The notes beneath the pieces are model-generated. The model made no database searches, had not been told where the DNA came from, and saw nothing but the letters and a program-made list of their open reading frames with translations. A DNA stretch of 64,000 nucleotides from Eledone cirrhosa (lineage: Eukaryota): NCBI GenBank assembly GCA_964016885.1, contig OZ024745.1, forward strand, positions 7,750,001 through 7,814,000, given 5' to 3'. Below are positions 18,001 through 36,000 of the stretch, piece after piece. Each line of letters starts with the position of its first letter. Within the stretch, counting starts at the first letter, position 1. The translations under genes were made by a program, and so were the position numbers.

Positions 18001-21000
18001 ATAACAATAACAGTAACTATAACAATAACAGTAACTATAACAATAACAGTAACTATAACAACAACAGAAACTATAACAACAACAGTAACTATAACAATAA
18101 CAGTAACTATAACAATAACAGTAATTATAACAATAACAGTAACTATAACAATAACAGAAACTATAACAATAACAGTAACTATAACAACAACAGAAACTAT
18201 AATAACAACAGTAACTATAACAACAACAGTAACTATAACAATAACAGTAACTATAACAATAACAGTAATTATAACAATAACAGTAACTATAACAATAACA
18301 GTAATTATAACAATGACAGTAACTATAACAATAACAGAAACTATAACAATAACAGTAACTATAACAACAACAGAAACTATAACAACAACAGTAACTATAA
18401 CAACAACAGTAACTATAACAATAACATTAACTATAACAATAACAGTAATTATAACAATAACAGTAACTATAGCAATAACAGTAACTATAACAATAACAGT
18501 AACTATAACAATAACAGAAACTATAACAATAACAGTAACTATAACAACAACAGAAACTATAACAACAACAGTAACTATAACAACAACAGTAACTATAACA
18601 ATAACAGTAACTATAACAATAACAGTAATTATAACAATAACAGTAACTATAGCAATAACAGTAACTATAACAATAACAGAAACTATAACAATAACAGTAA
18701 CTATAACAATAACAGAAACTATAACAATAACAGTAACTATAACAACAACAGTAACTATAACAATAACAGTAACTATAACAATAACAGAAACTATAACAAT
18801 AACAGTAACTATAACAACAACAGTAACTATAACAATAACAGTAACTATAACAATAACAGTAACTATAACAATAACAGAAACTATAACAATAACAGTAACT
18901 ATAACAACAACAGTAACTATAACAATAACAGTAACTATAACAATAACAGTAACTATAACAACAACAGTAACTATAACAATAACAGTAACTATAACAATAA
19001 CAGAAACTATAACAATAACAGTAACTATAACAATAACAGAAACTATAACAATAACAGAAACTATAACAATAACAGTAACTATAACAATAACAGTAACTAT
19101 AACAATAACAGAAACTATAACAATAACAGAAACTATAACAATAACAGTAACTATAACAACAACAGAAACTATAACAATAACAGTAACTATAACAACAACA
19201 GAAACTATAACAACAACAGTAACTATAACAATAACAGTAACTATAACAACAACAGAAACTATAACAACAACAGTAACTATAACAATAACAGTAACTATAA
19301 CTATAACAGTAATTATAACAATAACAGTAACTATAACAATAACAGTAATTATAACAATAACAGTAACTATAACAATAACAGTAACTATAACAACAACAGT
19401 AACTATAACTATAACAGTAATTATAACAATAACAGTAACTATAACAATAACAGTAACTATAACAATAACAGTAACTATAACAACAACAGAAACTATAACA
19501 ACAACAGTAACTATAACAATAACAGTAACTATAACAATAACAGTAATTATAACAATAACAGTAACTATAACAATAACAGAAACTATAACAACAACAGTAA
19601 CTATAACAATAACAGTAACTATAACTATAACAGTAATTATAACAATAACAGTAACTATAACAATAACAGTAACTATAGCAATAACAGTAACTATAACAAC
19701 AACAGAAACTATAACAATAACAGTAACTATAACAATAACAGAAACTATAACAACAACAGTAACTATAACAATAACAGTAATTATAACAATAACAGTAACT
19801 ATAACAATAACAGTAACTATAGCAATAACAGTAACTATAACAATAACAGTAACTATAACAATAACAGTAACTATAACAATAACAGTAACTATAGCAATAA
19901 CAGTAACTATAACAATAACAGTAACTATAACAATAACAATAACAGTAACTATAACAATAACAGTAACTATAACAACAACAGTAACTATAACAATAACAGT
20001 AACTATAACAATAACAGTAACTATAACAATAACAGTAACTATAACAATAACAGTAATTATAACAATAACAGTAACTATAACAACAACAGTAACTATAACA
20101 ATAACAGTAACTATAACAATAACAGTAACTATAACAATAACAGTAACTATAACAACAACAGTAACTATAACAATAACAGTAACTATAAAAATAACAGTAA
20201 CTATAACAATAACAGTAACTATAACAACAACAGTAACTATAACAATAACAGTAACTATAACAATAACAGTAATTATAACAATAACAGTAACTATAACAAT
20301 AACAGAAACTATAACAATAACAGTAACTATAACAACAACAGAAACTATAACAACAACAGTAACTATAACAATAACAGTAACTATAACAATAACAGTAATT
20401 ATAACAATAACAGTAACTATAACAATAACAGAAACTATAACAATAACAGTAACTATAACAACAACAGAAACTATAACAACAACAGTAACTATAACAATAA
20501 CAGTAACTATAACAATAACAGTAATTATAACAATAACAGTAACTATAACAATAACAGTAACTATAACAATAACAGTAACTATAACAACAACAGAAACTAT
20601 AACAACAACAGTAACTATAACAATAACAGTAACTATAACTATAACAGTAATTATAACAATAACAGTAACTATAACAATAACAGTAATTATAACAATAACA
20701 GTAACTATAACAATAACAGTAACTATAACAATAACAGTAACTATAACAACAACAGAAACTATAACAACAACAGTAACTATAACAATAACAGTAACTATAA
20801 CAATAACAGTAATTATAACAATAACAGTAACTATAACAATAACAGTAACTATAACAATAACAGAAACTATAACAACAACAGTAACTATAACAATAACAGT
20901 AATTATAACAATAACAGTAACTATAACAATAACAGTAACTATAGCAATAACAGTAACTATAACAATAACAGTAACTATAACAATAACAGTAACTATAACA

Positions 21001-24000
21001 ATAACAGTAACTATAGCAATAACAGTAACTATAACAATAACAGTAACTATAACAATAACAATAACAGTAACTATAACAATAACAGTAACTATAACAACAA
21101 CAGTAACTATAACAATAACAGTAACTATAACAATAACAGTAACTATAACAATAACAGTAACTATAGCAATAACAGTAACTATAACAATAACAGTAACTAT
21201 AACAATAACAATAACAGTAACTATAACAATAACAGTAACTATAACAATAACAGAAACTATAACAACAACAGTAACTATAACAATAACAGTAACTATAACA
21301 ATAACAGTAACTATAGCAATAACAGTAACTATAACAATAACAGTAACTATAACAATAACAGTAACTATAACAATAACAGTAACTATAACAACAATAACAG
21401 TAACTATAACAATAACAGTAACTATAACAATAACAGTAACTATAACAACAACAGTAACTATAACAATAACAGTAACTATAACAATAACAGTAACTATAAC
21501 AATAACAATAACAGTAACTATAACAATATCAGTAACTATAACAATAACAGTAACTATAACAACAACAGTAACTATAACAATAACAGTAATTATAGCAATA
21601 ACAGAAACTATAACAATAACGGTAACTATAACAACAACAGTAACTATAACAATAACAGTAACTATAGCAATAACAGTAACTATAACAATAACAATAACAG
21701 TAACTATAACAATAACAGTAACTATAACAGTAACAATAACAGTAACTATAACAATAACAGTAACTATAACAATAACAGTAACTATAATAATAACAGTAAC
21801 TATAACAATAACAGTAACTATAACAATAACAGTAACTATAACAATAACAATAACAGTAACTATAACAATAACAGTAACTATAACAATAACAATAACAGTA
21901 ACTATAACAATAACAGTAACTATAACAATAACAATAACAGTAACTATAACAATAACAGTAACTATAACAATAACAGTAACTACAACAATAACAATAACAG
22001 TAACTATAACAATAACAGTAACTATAACAATAACAATAACAGTAACTATAACAATAACAGTAACTATAACAATAACAATAACAGTAACTATAACAATAAC
22101 AGTAACTATAACAATAACAGTAACTATAACAATAACAGTAACTATAACAATAACAGTAACTATAACAATAACAATAACAGTAACTATAACAATAACAGTA
22201 ACTATAACAATAACAGTAACTATAACAATAACAATAACAGTAACTATAACAATAACAGTAACTATAACAATAACAGTAACTATAACAATAACAGTAACTA
22301 TAACAATAACAATAACAGTAACTATAACAATAACAGTAACTATAACAATAACAGTAACTATAACAATAACAGTAACTATAACAATAACAATAACAGTAAC
22401 TATAACAATAACAGTAACTATAACAACAACAGTAACTATAACAACAACAGTAACTATAGCAATAACAGTAACTATAACAACAACAGAAACTATAACAACA
22501 ACAGTAACTATAACAATAACAGTAACTATAACAATAACAGTAACTATAACAATAACAGTAACTATAACTATAACAATAACAGTAACTATAACAATAACAG
22601 TAACTATAACAACAACAGTAACTATAACAACAACAGTAACTATAGCAATAACAGTAACTATAACAACAACAGAAACTATAACAACAACAGTAACTATAAC
22701 AATAACAGTAACTATAACAACAACAGTAACTATAACAACAACAGTAACTATAGCAATAACAGTAACTATAACAATAACAGTAACTATAACAACAACAGAA
22801 ACTATAACAACAACAGTAACTATAACAATAACAGTAACTATAACAACAACAGTAACTATATCAACAACAGTAACTATAGCAATAACGGTAACTATAACAA
22901 CAACAGAAACTATAACAACAACAGTAACTATAACAATAACAGTAACTATAACAACAACAGTAACTATAACAATAACAGTAACTATAACAACAACAGAAAC
23001 TATAACAACAACAGTAACTATAACAATAACAGTAACTATAACAATAACAGTAATTATAACAATAACAGTAACTATAACAATAACAGTAACTATAACAATA
23101 ACAGTAACTATAACAACAACAGAAACTATAACAACAACAGTAACTATAACAATAACAGTAACTATAACAATAACAGTAATTATAACAATAACAGGAACTA
23201 TAACAATAACAGAAACTATAACAATAACAGTAACTATAACAACAACAGAAACTATAATAACAACAGTAACTATAACAACAACAGTAACTATAACAATAAC
23301 AGTAACTATAACAATAACAGTAATTATAACAATAACAGTAACTATAACAATAACAGTAATTATAACAATGACAGTAACTATAACAATAACAGAAACTATA
23401 ACAATAACAGTAACTATAACAACAACAGAAACTATAACAACAACAGTAACTATAACAACAACAGTAACTATAACAATAACATTAACTATAACAATAACAG
23501 TAATTATAACAATAACAGTAACTATAGCAATAACAGTAACTATAACAATAACAGTAACTATAACAATAACAGAAACTATAACAATAACAGTAACTATAAC
23601 AACAACAGAAACTATAACAACAACAGTAACTATAACAACAACAGTAACTATAACAATAACAGTAACTATAACAATAACAGTAATTATAACAATAACAGTA
23701 ACTATAGCAATAACAGTAACTATAACAATAACAGAAACTATAACAATAACAGTAACTATAACAATAACAGAAACTATAACAATAACAGTAACTATAACAA
23801 CAACAGTAACTATAACAATAACAGTAACTATAACAATAACAGAAACTATAACAATAACAGTAACTATAACAACAACAGTAACTATAACAATAACAGTAAC
23901 TATAACAATAACAGTAACTATAACAATAACAGAAACTATAACAATAACAGTAACTATAACAACAACAGTAACTATAACAATAACAGTAACTATAACAATA

Positions 24001-27000
24001 ACAGTAACTATAACAACAACAGTAACTATAACAATAACAGTAACTATAACAATAACAGAAACTATAACAATAACAGTAACTATAACAATAACAGAAACTA
24101 TAACAATAACAGAAACTATAACAATAACAGTAACTATAACAATAACAGTAACTATAACAATAACAGAAACTATAACAATAACAGAAACTATAACAATAAC
24201 AGTAACTATAACAACAACAGAAACTATAACAATAACAGAAACTATAACAATAACAGTAACTATAACAATAACAGTAACTATAACAATAACAGAAACTATA
24301 ACAATAACAGAAACTATAACAACAACAGTAACTATAACAATAACAGAAACTATAACAATAACAGAAACTATAACAATAACAGAAACTATAACAATAACAG
24401 TAACTATAACAGTAACTATAACAATAACAGAAACTATAACAATAACAGAAACTATAACAATAACAGTAACTATAACAGTAACTATAACAATAACAGTAAC
24501 TATAACAGTAACTATAACAATAACAGTAACTATAACAATAACAGAAACTATAACAATAACAGAAACTATAACAATAACAGTAACTATAACAGTAACTATA
24601 ACAATAACAGAAACTATAACAATAACAGAAACTATAACAACAACAGTAACTATAACAATAACAGAAACTATAACAATAACAGAAACTATAACAATAACAG
24701 AAACTATAACAATAACAGTAACTATAATAATAACGGTAACTATAACAATAACAGTAACTATAACAATAACAGTAACTATAACAATAACAGAAACTATAAC
24801 AATAACAGTAACTATAACAATAACAGAAACTATAGCAATAACAGTAACTATAACAACAACAGAAACTATAACAATAACAGAAACTATAACAATAACAGAA
24901 ACTATAGCAATAACAGTAACTATAACAACAACAGAAACTATAACAATAACAGTAACTATAACAACAACAGAAATTATAACAATAACGGTAACTATAACAA
25001 CAACAGTAACTATAACAATAACAGTAACTATAACAACAACAGAAACTATAACAACAACAGTAACTATAGCAATAACAGTAACTATAACAATAACAGTAAC
25101 TATAACGATAACAGTAACTATAACAACAACAGTAACTATAACAATAACAGTAACTATAACAACAACAGTAACTATAACAATAACAGTAACTATAACAACA
25201 ACAGTAACTATAACAATAACAGTAACTATAACAATAACAGTAACTATAACAACAACAGTAACTATAACAATAACAGTAACTATAACAACAACAGAAACTA
25301 TAACAACAACAGTAACTATAACAATAACAGTAACTATAACAATAACAGTAATTATAACAATAACAGTAACTATAACAATAACAGTAACTATAACAATAAC
25401 AGTAACTATAACAACAACAGAAACTATAACAACAACAGTAACTATAACAATAACAGTAACTATAACAATAACAGTAATTATAACAATAACAGTAACTATA
25501 ACAATAACAGAAACTATAACAATAACAGTAACTATAACAACAACAGAAACTATAATAACAACAGTAACTATAACAACAACAGTAACTATAACAATAACAG
25601 TAACTATAACAATAACAGTAATTATAACAATAACAGTAACTATAACAATAACAGTAATTATAACAATGACAGTAACTATAACAATAACAGAAACTATAAC
25701 AATAACAGTAACTATAACAACAACAGAAACTATAACAACAACAGTAACTATAACAACAACAGTAACTATAACAATAACAGTAATTATAACAATAACAGTA
25801 ACTATAACAATAACAGTAATTATAACAATAACAGTAACTATAGCAATAACAGTAACTATAACAATAACAGTAACTATAACAATAACAGAAACTATAACAA
25901 TAACAGTAACTATAACAACAACAACAGAAACTATAACAACAACAGTAACTATAACAACAACAGTAACTATAACAATAACAGTAACTATAACAATAACAGT
26001 AATTATAACAATAACAGTAACTATAGCAATAACAGTAACTATAACAATAACAGAAACTATAACAATAACAGTAACTATAACAATAACAGAAACTATAACA
26101 ATAACAGTAACTATAACAACAACAGTAACTATAACAATAACAGTAACTATAACAATAACAGAAACTATAACAATAACAGTAACTATAACAACAACAGTAA
26201 CTATAACAATAACAGTAACTATAACAATAACAGTAACTATAACAATAACAGAAACTATAACAATAACAGTAACTATAACAACAACAGTAACTATAACAAT
26301 AACAGTAACTATAACAATAACAGTAACTATAACAACAACAGTAACTATAACAATAACAGTAACTATAACAATAACAGAAACTATAACAATAACAGTAACT
26401 ATAACAATAACAGAAACTATAACAATAACAGAAACTATAACAATAACAGTAACTATAACAATAACAGTAACTATAACAATAACAGAAACTATAACAATAA
26501 CAGAAACTATAACAATAACAGTAACTATAACAATAACAGTAACTATAACAATAACAGAAACTATAACAATAACAGAAACTATAACAATAACAGTAACTAT
26601 AACAATAACAGTAACTATAACAATAACAGAAACTATAACAATAACAGAAACTATAACAACAACAGTAACTATAACAATAACAGAAACTATAACAATAACA
26701 GAAACTATAACAATAACAGAAACTATAACAATAACAGTAACTATAACAGTAACTATAACAATAACAGAAACTATAACAATAACAGAAACTATAACAACAA
26801 CAGTAACTATAACAATAACAGAAACTATAACAATAACAGAAACTATAACAATAACAGAAACTATAACAATAACAGTAACTATAACAATAACGGTAACTAT
26901 AACAATAACAGTAACTATAACAATAACAGTAACTATAACAATAACAGAAACTATAACAATAACAGTAACTATAACAATAACAGAAACTATAGCAATAACA

Positions 27001-30000
27001 GTAACTATAACAACAACAGAAACTATAACAATAACAGAAACTATAACAATAACAGAAACTATAGCAATAACAGTAACTATAACAACAACAGAAACTATAA
27101 CAATAACAGTAACTATAACAACAACAGAAACTATAACAATAACGGTAACTATAACAACAACAGTAACTATAACAATAACAGTAACTATAAAAACAACAGA
27201 AACTATAACAACAACAGTAACTATAGCAATAACAGTAACTATAACAATAACAGTAACTATAACGATAACAGTAACTATAACAACAACAGTAACTATAACA
27301 ATAACAGTAACTATAGCAATAACAGAAACTATAACAACAACAGTAACTATAACAACAACAGAAACTATAACAACAACAGTAACTATAACAATAACAGTAA
27401 CTATAACAATAACAGTAACTATAACAATAACAGTAATTATAACAATAACAGTAACTATAACAATAACAGAAACTATAACAATAACAGTAACTATAACAAT
27501 AACAGTAATTATAACAATAACAGTAACTATAACAATAACAGTAACTATAACAATAACAGTAACTATAACAATAACAGTAACTATAACAACAACAGTAACT
27601 ATAACAATAACAGTAACTATAACAATAACAGTAACTATAACAATAACAGTAACTATAACAATAACAGTAACTATAACAATAACAGTAACTATAACAATAA
27701 CAGTAATTATAACAATAACAGTAACTATAACAATAACAGTAACTATAACAATAACAGTAACTATAACAATAACAGTAACTATAACAACAACAGTAACTAT
27801 AACAATAACAGTAACTATAACAATAACAGTAACTATAACAATAACAGTAACTATAACAATAACAGTAACTATAACAATAACAGTAATTATAACAATAACA
27901 GTAACTATAACAACAACAGAAACTATAACAACAACAGTAACTATAACAATAACAGTAACTATAACAATAACAGTAACTATAACAATATCAGTAATTATAA
28001 CAATAACAGTAACTATAACAATAACAGAAACTATAACAATAACAGTAACTATAACAATAACAGTAATTATAACAATAACAGTAACTATAACAATAACAGT
28101 AACTATAACAATAACAGTAACTATAACAATAACAGTAACTATAACAACAACAGTAACTATAACAATAACAGTAACTATAACAATAACAGTAACTATAACA
28201 ATAACAGTAACTATAACAATAACAGTAATTATAACAATAACAGTAACTATAACAATAACAGAAACTATAACAATAACAGTAATTATAACAATAACAGTAA
28301 CTATAACAACAACAGTAACTATAACAATAACAGTAACTATAACAATAACAGTAACTATAACAATAACAGTAACTATAACAACAACAGTAACTATAACAAT
28401 AACAGTAACTATAACAATAACAGTAATTATAACAATAACAGTAACTATAACAATAACAGAAACTATAACAATAACAGTAACTATAACAACAACAGTAACT
28501 ATAACAATAACAGTAACTATAACAATAACAATAATTATAACAATAACAGTAACTATAACAACAACAGTAACTATAACAATAACAGTAACTATAACAATAA
28601 CAGTAATTATAACAATAACAGTAACTATAACAACAACAGTAACTATAACAATAACAGTAACTATAACAATAACAGTAACTATAACAATAACAGAAACTAT
28701 AACAATAACAGTAACTATAACAACAACAGAAACTATAACAACAACAGTAACTATAACAATAACAGTAACAATAACAATAACAGTAATTATAACAATAACA
28801 GTAACTATAACAATAACAGTAACTATAACAACAACAGAAACTATAACAACAACAGTAACTATAACAATAACAGTAACTATAACAATAACAGTAATTATAA
28901 CAATAACAGTAACTATAACAATAACAGTAACTATAACAACAACAGAAACTATAACAACAACAGTAACTATAACAATAACAGTAACTATAACAATAACAGT
29001 AATTATAACAATAACAGTAACTATAACAATAACAGTAACTATAACAACAACAGAAACTATAACAACAACAGTAACTATAGCAATAACAGTAACTATAACA
29101 ACAACAGTAACTATAACAATAACAGTAACTATAACAACAACAGTAACTATAACAATAACAGTAACTATAACTATAACAGTAATTATAACAATAACAGTAA
29201 CTATAACAATAACAGTAATTATAACAACAACAGAAACTATAACAATAACAGTAACTATAACAATAACAGTAACTATAACAATAACAGTAACTATAACAAC
29301 AACAGAAACTATAACAACAACAGTAACTATAACAACAACAGTAACTATAACAATAACAGTAATTATAACAATAACAGTAACTATAACAATAACAGTAACT
29401 ATAACAATAACAGTAACTATAACAATAACAGAAACTATAACAACAACAGTAACTATAACAATAACAGTAATTATAACAATAACAGTAACTATAACAATAA
29501 CAGTAACTATAGCAATAACAGTAACTATAACAATAACAGTAACTATAACAATAACAGTAACTATAACAATAACAGTAACTATAGCAATAACAGTAACTAT
29601 AACAATAACAGTAACTATAACAATAACAATAACAGTAACTATAACAATAACAGTAACTATAACAACAACAGTAACTATAACAATAACAGTAACTATAACA
29701 ATAACAGTAACTATAACAATAACAGTAACTATAGCAATAACAGTAACTATAACAATAACAGTAACTATAACAATAACAATAACAGTAACTATAACAATAA
29801 CAGTAACTATAACAATAACAGAAACTATAACAACAACAGTAACTATAACAATAACAGTAACTATAACAATAACAGTAACTATAGCAATAACAGTAACTAT
29901 AACAATAACAGTAACTATAACAATAACAGTAACTATAACAACAATAACAGTAACTATAACAATAACAGTAACTATAACAATAACAGTAACTATAACAATA

Positions 30001-33000
30001 ACAGTAACTATAGCAATAACAGTAACTATAACAATAACAGTAACTATAACAATAACAGTAACTATAACAACAATAACAGTAACTATAACAATAACAGTAA
30101 CTATAACAATAACAGTAACTATAACAATAACAGTAACTATAGCAATAACAGTAACTATAACAATAACAGTAACTATAACAATAACAGTAACTATAACAAC
30201 AATAACAGTAACTATAACAATAACAGTAACTATAACAATAACAGTAACTATAACAATAACAGTAACTATAGCAATAACAGTAACTATAACAATAACAGTA
30301 ACTATAACAATAACAGTAACTATAACAACAATAACAGTAACTATAACAATAACAGTAACTATAACAATAACAGTAACTATAACAATAACAGTAACTATAG
30401 CAATAACAGTAACTATAACAATAACAGTAACTATAACAATAACAGTAACTATAACAACAATAACAGTAACTATAACAATAACAGTAACTATAACAACAAC
30501 AGTAACTATAACAATAACAGTAACTATAACAATAACAGTAACTATAACAATAACAATAACAGTAACTATAACAATATCAGTAACTATAACAATAACAGTA
30601 ACTATAACAACAACAGTAACTATAACAATAACAGTAATTATAGCAATAACAGAAACTATAACAATAACGGTAACTATAACAACAACAGTAACTATAACAA
30701 TAACAGTAACTATAGCAATAACAGTAACTATAACAATAACAATAACAGTAACTATAACAATAACAGTAACTATAACAATAACAATAACAGTAACTATAAC
30801 AATAACAGTAACTATAACAATAACAGTAACTATAACAATAACAGTAACTATAACAATAACAGTAACTATAACAATAACAGTAACTATAACAATAACAATA
30901 ACAGTAACTATAACAATAACAGTAACTATAACAATAACAATAACAGTAACTATAACAATAACAGTAACTATAACAATAACAATAACAGTAACTATAACAA
31001 TAACAGTAACTATAACAATAACAGTAACTACAACAATAACAATAACAGTAACTATAACAATAACAGTAACTATAACAATAACAGTAACTATAACAATAAC
31101 AGTAACTATAACAATAACAATAACAGTAACTATAACAATAACAGTAACTATAACAATAACAATAACAGTAACTATAACAATAACAGTAACTATAACAATA
31201 ACAGTAACTATAACAATAACAGTAACTATAACATAACAATAACAGTAACTATAACAATAACAGTAACTATAACAATAACAATAACAGTAACTATAACAAT
31301 AACAGTAACTATAACAATAACAGTAACTATAACAATAACAGTAACTATAACAATAACAATAACAGTAACTATAACAATAACAGTAACTATAACATAACAA
31401 TAACAGAAACTATAACAATAACAGTAACTATAACAATAACAGTAACTATAACAATAACAGTAACTATAACAATAACAATAACAGTAACTATAACAATAAC
31501 AGTAACTATAACAACAACAGTAACTATAACAACAACAGTAACTATAGCAATAACAGTAACTATAACAACAACAGAAACTATAACAACAACAGTAACTATA
31601 ACAATAACAGTAACTATAACAATAACAGTAACTATAACTATAACAATAACAGTAACTATAACAATAACAGTAACTATAACAACAACAGAAACTATAGCAA
31701 TAACAGTAACTATAACAACAACAGAAACTATAACAATAACAGTAACTATAACAATAACAGTAACTATAACAATAACAGTAACTATAACAATAACAATAAC
31801 AGTAACTATAACAATAACAGTAACTATAACAACAACAGTAACTATAACAACAACAGTAACTATAGCAATAACAGTAACTATAACAACAACAGTAACTATA
31901 ACAATAACAGTAACTATAACAACAACAGAAACTATAACAACAACAGTAACTATAACAATAACAGTAACTATAACAATAACAGTAACTATAACTATAACAA
32001 TAACAGTAACTATAACAATAACAGTAACTATAACAACAACAGAAACTATAACAACAACAGTAACTATAACAATAACAGTAACTATAACAATAACAGTAAC
32101 TATAACTATAACAATAACAGTAACTATAACAATAACAGTAACTATAACAACAACAGTAACTATAACAACAACAGTAACTATAGCAATAACAGTAACTATA
32201 ACAACAACAGAAACTATAACAACAACAGTAACTATAACAATAACAGTAACTATAACAACAACAGTAACTATAACAACAACAGTAACTATAGCAATAACAG
32301 TAACTATAACAATAACAGTAACTATAACAACAACAGAAACTATAACAACAACAGTAACTATAACAATAACAGTAACTATAACAACAACAGTAACTATAAC
32401 AACAACAGTAACTATAGCAATAACAGTAACTATAACAACAACAGAAACTATAACAACAACAGTAACTATAACAATAACAGTAACTATAACAACAACAGTA
32501 ACTATAACAATAACAGTAACTATAACAACAACAGAAACTATAACAACAACAGTAACTATAACAATAACAGTAACTATAACAATAACAGTAATTATAACAA
32601 TAACAGTAACTATAACAATAACAGTAACTATAACAATAACAGTAACTATAACAACAACAGAAACTATAACAACAACAGTAACTATAACAATAACAGTAAC
32701 TATAACAATAACAGTAATTATAACAATAACAGTAACTATAACAATAACAGAAACTATAACAATAACAGTAACTATAACAACAACAGAAACTATAATAACA
32801 ACAGTAACTATAACAACAACAGTAACTATAACAATAACAGTAACTATAACAATAACAGTAATTATAACAATAACAGTAACTATAACAATAACAGAAACTA
32901 TAACAATAACAGTAACTATAACAACAACAGAAACTATAATAACAACAGTAACTATAACAACAACAGTAACTATAACAATAACATTAACTATAACAATAAC

Positions 33001-36000
33001 AGTAATTATAACAATAACAGTAACTATAGCAATAACAGTAACTATAACAATAACAGTAACTATAACAATAACAGAAACTATAACAATAACAGTAACTATA
33101 ACAACAACAGAAACTATAACAACAACAGTAACTATAACAACAACAGTAACTATAACAATAACAGTAACTATAACAATAACAGTAATTATAACAATAACAG
33201 TAACTATAGCAATAACAGTAACTATAACAATAACAGTAACTATAACAATAACAGTAACTATAACAATAACAGAAACTATAACAATAACAGTAACTATAAC
33301 AACAACAGTAACTATAACAATAACAGTAACTATAACAATAACAGTAACTATAACAACAACAGTAACTATAACAATAACAGTAACTATAACAATAACAGAA
33401 ACTATAACAATAACAGTAACTATAACAATAACAGAAACTATAACAATAACAGAAACTATAACAATAACAGTAACTATAACAATAACAGTAACTATAACAA
33501 TAACAGAAACTATAACAATAACAGAAACTATAACAATAACAGTAACTATAACAACAACAGAAACTATAACAATAACAGAAACTATAACAATAACAGTAAC
33601 TATAACAATAACAGTAACTATAACAATAACAGAAACTATAACAATAACAGAAACTATAACAACAACAGTAACTATAACAATAACAGAAACTATAACAATA
33701 ACAGAAACTATAACAATAACAGAAACTATAACAATAACAGTAACTATAACAGTAACTATAACAATAACAGAAACTATAACAATAACAGAAACTATAACAA
33801 TAACAGTAACTATAACAGTAACTATAACAATAATAGTAACTATAACAGTAACTATAACAATAACAGTAACTATAACAATAACAGAAACTATAACAATAAC
33901 AGAAACTATAACAATAACAGTAACTATAACAGTAACTATAACAATAACAGAAACTATAACAATAACAGAAACTATAACAACAACAGTAACTATAACAATA
34001 ACAGAAACTATAACAATAACAGAAACTATAACAATAACAGAAACTATAACAATAACAGTAACTATAACAATAACAGTAACTATAACAATAACAGAAACTA
34101 TAACAATAACAGTAACTATAACAATAACAGAAACTATAGCAATAACAGTAACTATAACAATAACAGAAACTATAGCAATAACAGTAACTATAACAACAAC
34201 AGAAACTATAACAATAACAGAAACTATAACAATAACAGAAACTATAGCAATAACAGTAACTATAACAACAACAGAAACTATAATAATAACGGTAACTATA
34301 ACTACAACAGTAACTATAACAATAACAGTAACTATAACAACAACAGAAACTATGACAACAACAGTAACTATAGCAATAACAGTAACTATAACAATAACAG
34401 TAACTATAACGATAACAGTAACTATAACAACAACAGTAACTATAACAATAACAGTAACTATAGCAATAACAGTAACTATAACAATAACAGTAACTATAAC
34501 AATAACAGTAACTATAGCAATAACAGTAACTATAACAACAACAGAAACTATAACAACAACAGTAACTATAACAATAACAGTAACTATAACAATAACAGTA
34601 ACTATAACAATATCAGTAACTATAACAATAACAGTAACTATAACAACAACAGTAACTATAACAATAACAGTAATTATAGCAATAACAGAAACTATAACAA
34701 CAACAGTAACTATAACAACAACAGTAACTATAGCAATAACAGTAACTATAACAACAACAGAAACTATAACAACAACAGTAACTATAACAATAACAGTAAC
34801 TATAACAATAACAGTAACTATAACAATAACAGTAACTATAACTATAACAATAACAGTAACTATAACAATAACAGTAACTATAACAACAACAGTAACTATA
34901 ACAACAACAGTAACTATAGCAATAACAGTAACTATAACAACAACAGAAACTATAACAACAACAGTAACTATAACAATAACAGTAACTATAACAATAACAG
35001 TAACTATAACAACAACAGTAACTATAACAACAACAGTAACTATAGCAATAACAGTAACTATAACAAGAACAGAAACTATAACAACAACAGTAACTATAAC
35101 AATAACAGTAACTATAACAATAACAGTAACTATAACAACAATAACAGTAACTATAACAATAACAGTAACTATAACAATAACAGTAACTATAACAAGAACA
35201 GTAACTATAACAATAACAGTAACTATAACAACAATAACAGTAACTATAACAATAACAGTAACTATAACAATAACAGTAACTATAACAACAATAACAGTAA
35301 CTATAACAATAACAGTAACTATAACAATAACAGTAACTATAACAATAACAGTAACTATAACAATAACAGTAACTATAACAACAATAACAGTAACTATAAC
35401 AATAACAGTAACTATAACAATAACAATAACAGTAACTATAACAATATCAGTAACTATAACAAGAACAGAAACTATAACAACAACAGTAACTATAACAATA
35501 ACAGTAACTATAACAAGAACAGAAACTATAACAACAACAGTAACTATAACAATAACAGTAACTATAACAATAACAGTAACTATAACAACAATAACAGTAA
35601 CTATAACAATAACAGTAACTATAACAACAATAACAGTAACTATAACAATAACAGTAACTATAACAACAACAGTAACTATAACAATAACAGTAACTATAAC
35701 AATAACAGTAACTATAACAATAACAATAACAGTAACTATAACAATATCAGTAACTATAACAATAACAGTAACTATAACAACAACAGTAACTATAACAATA
35801 ACAGTAATTATAGCAATAACAGAAACTATAACAACAACAGTAACTATAACAACAACAGTAACTATAGCAATAACAGTAACTATAACAACAACAGAAACTA
35901 TAACAACAACAGTAACTATAACAATAACAGTAACTATAACAATAACAGTAACTATAACAATAACAGTAACTATAACTATAACAATAACAGTAACTATAAC

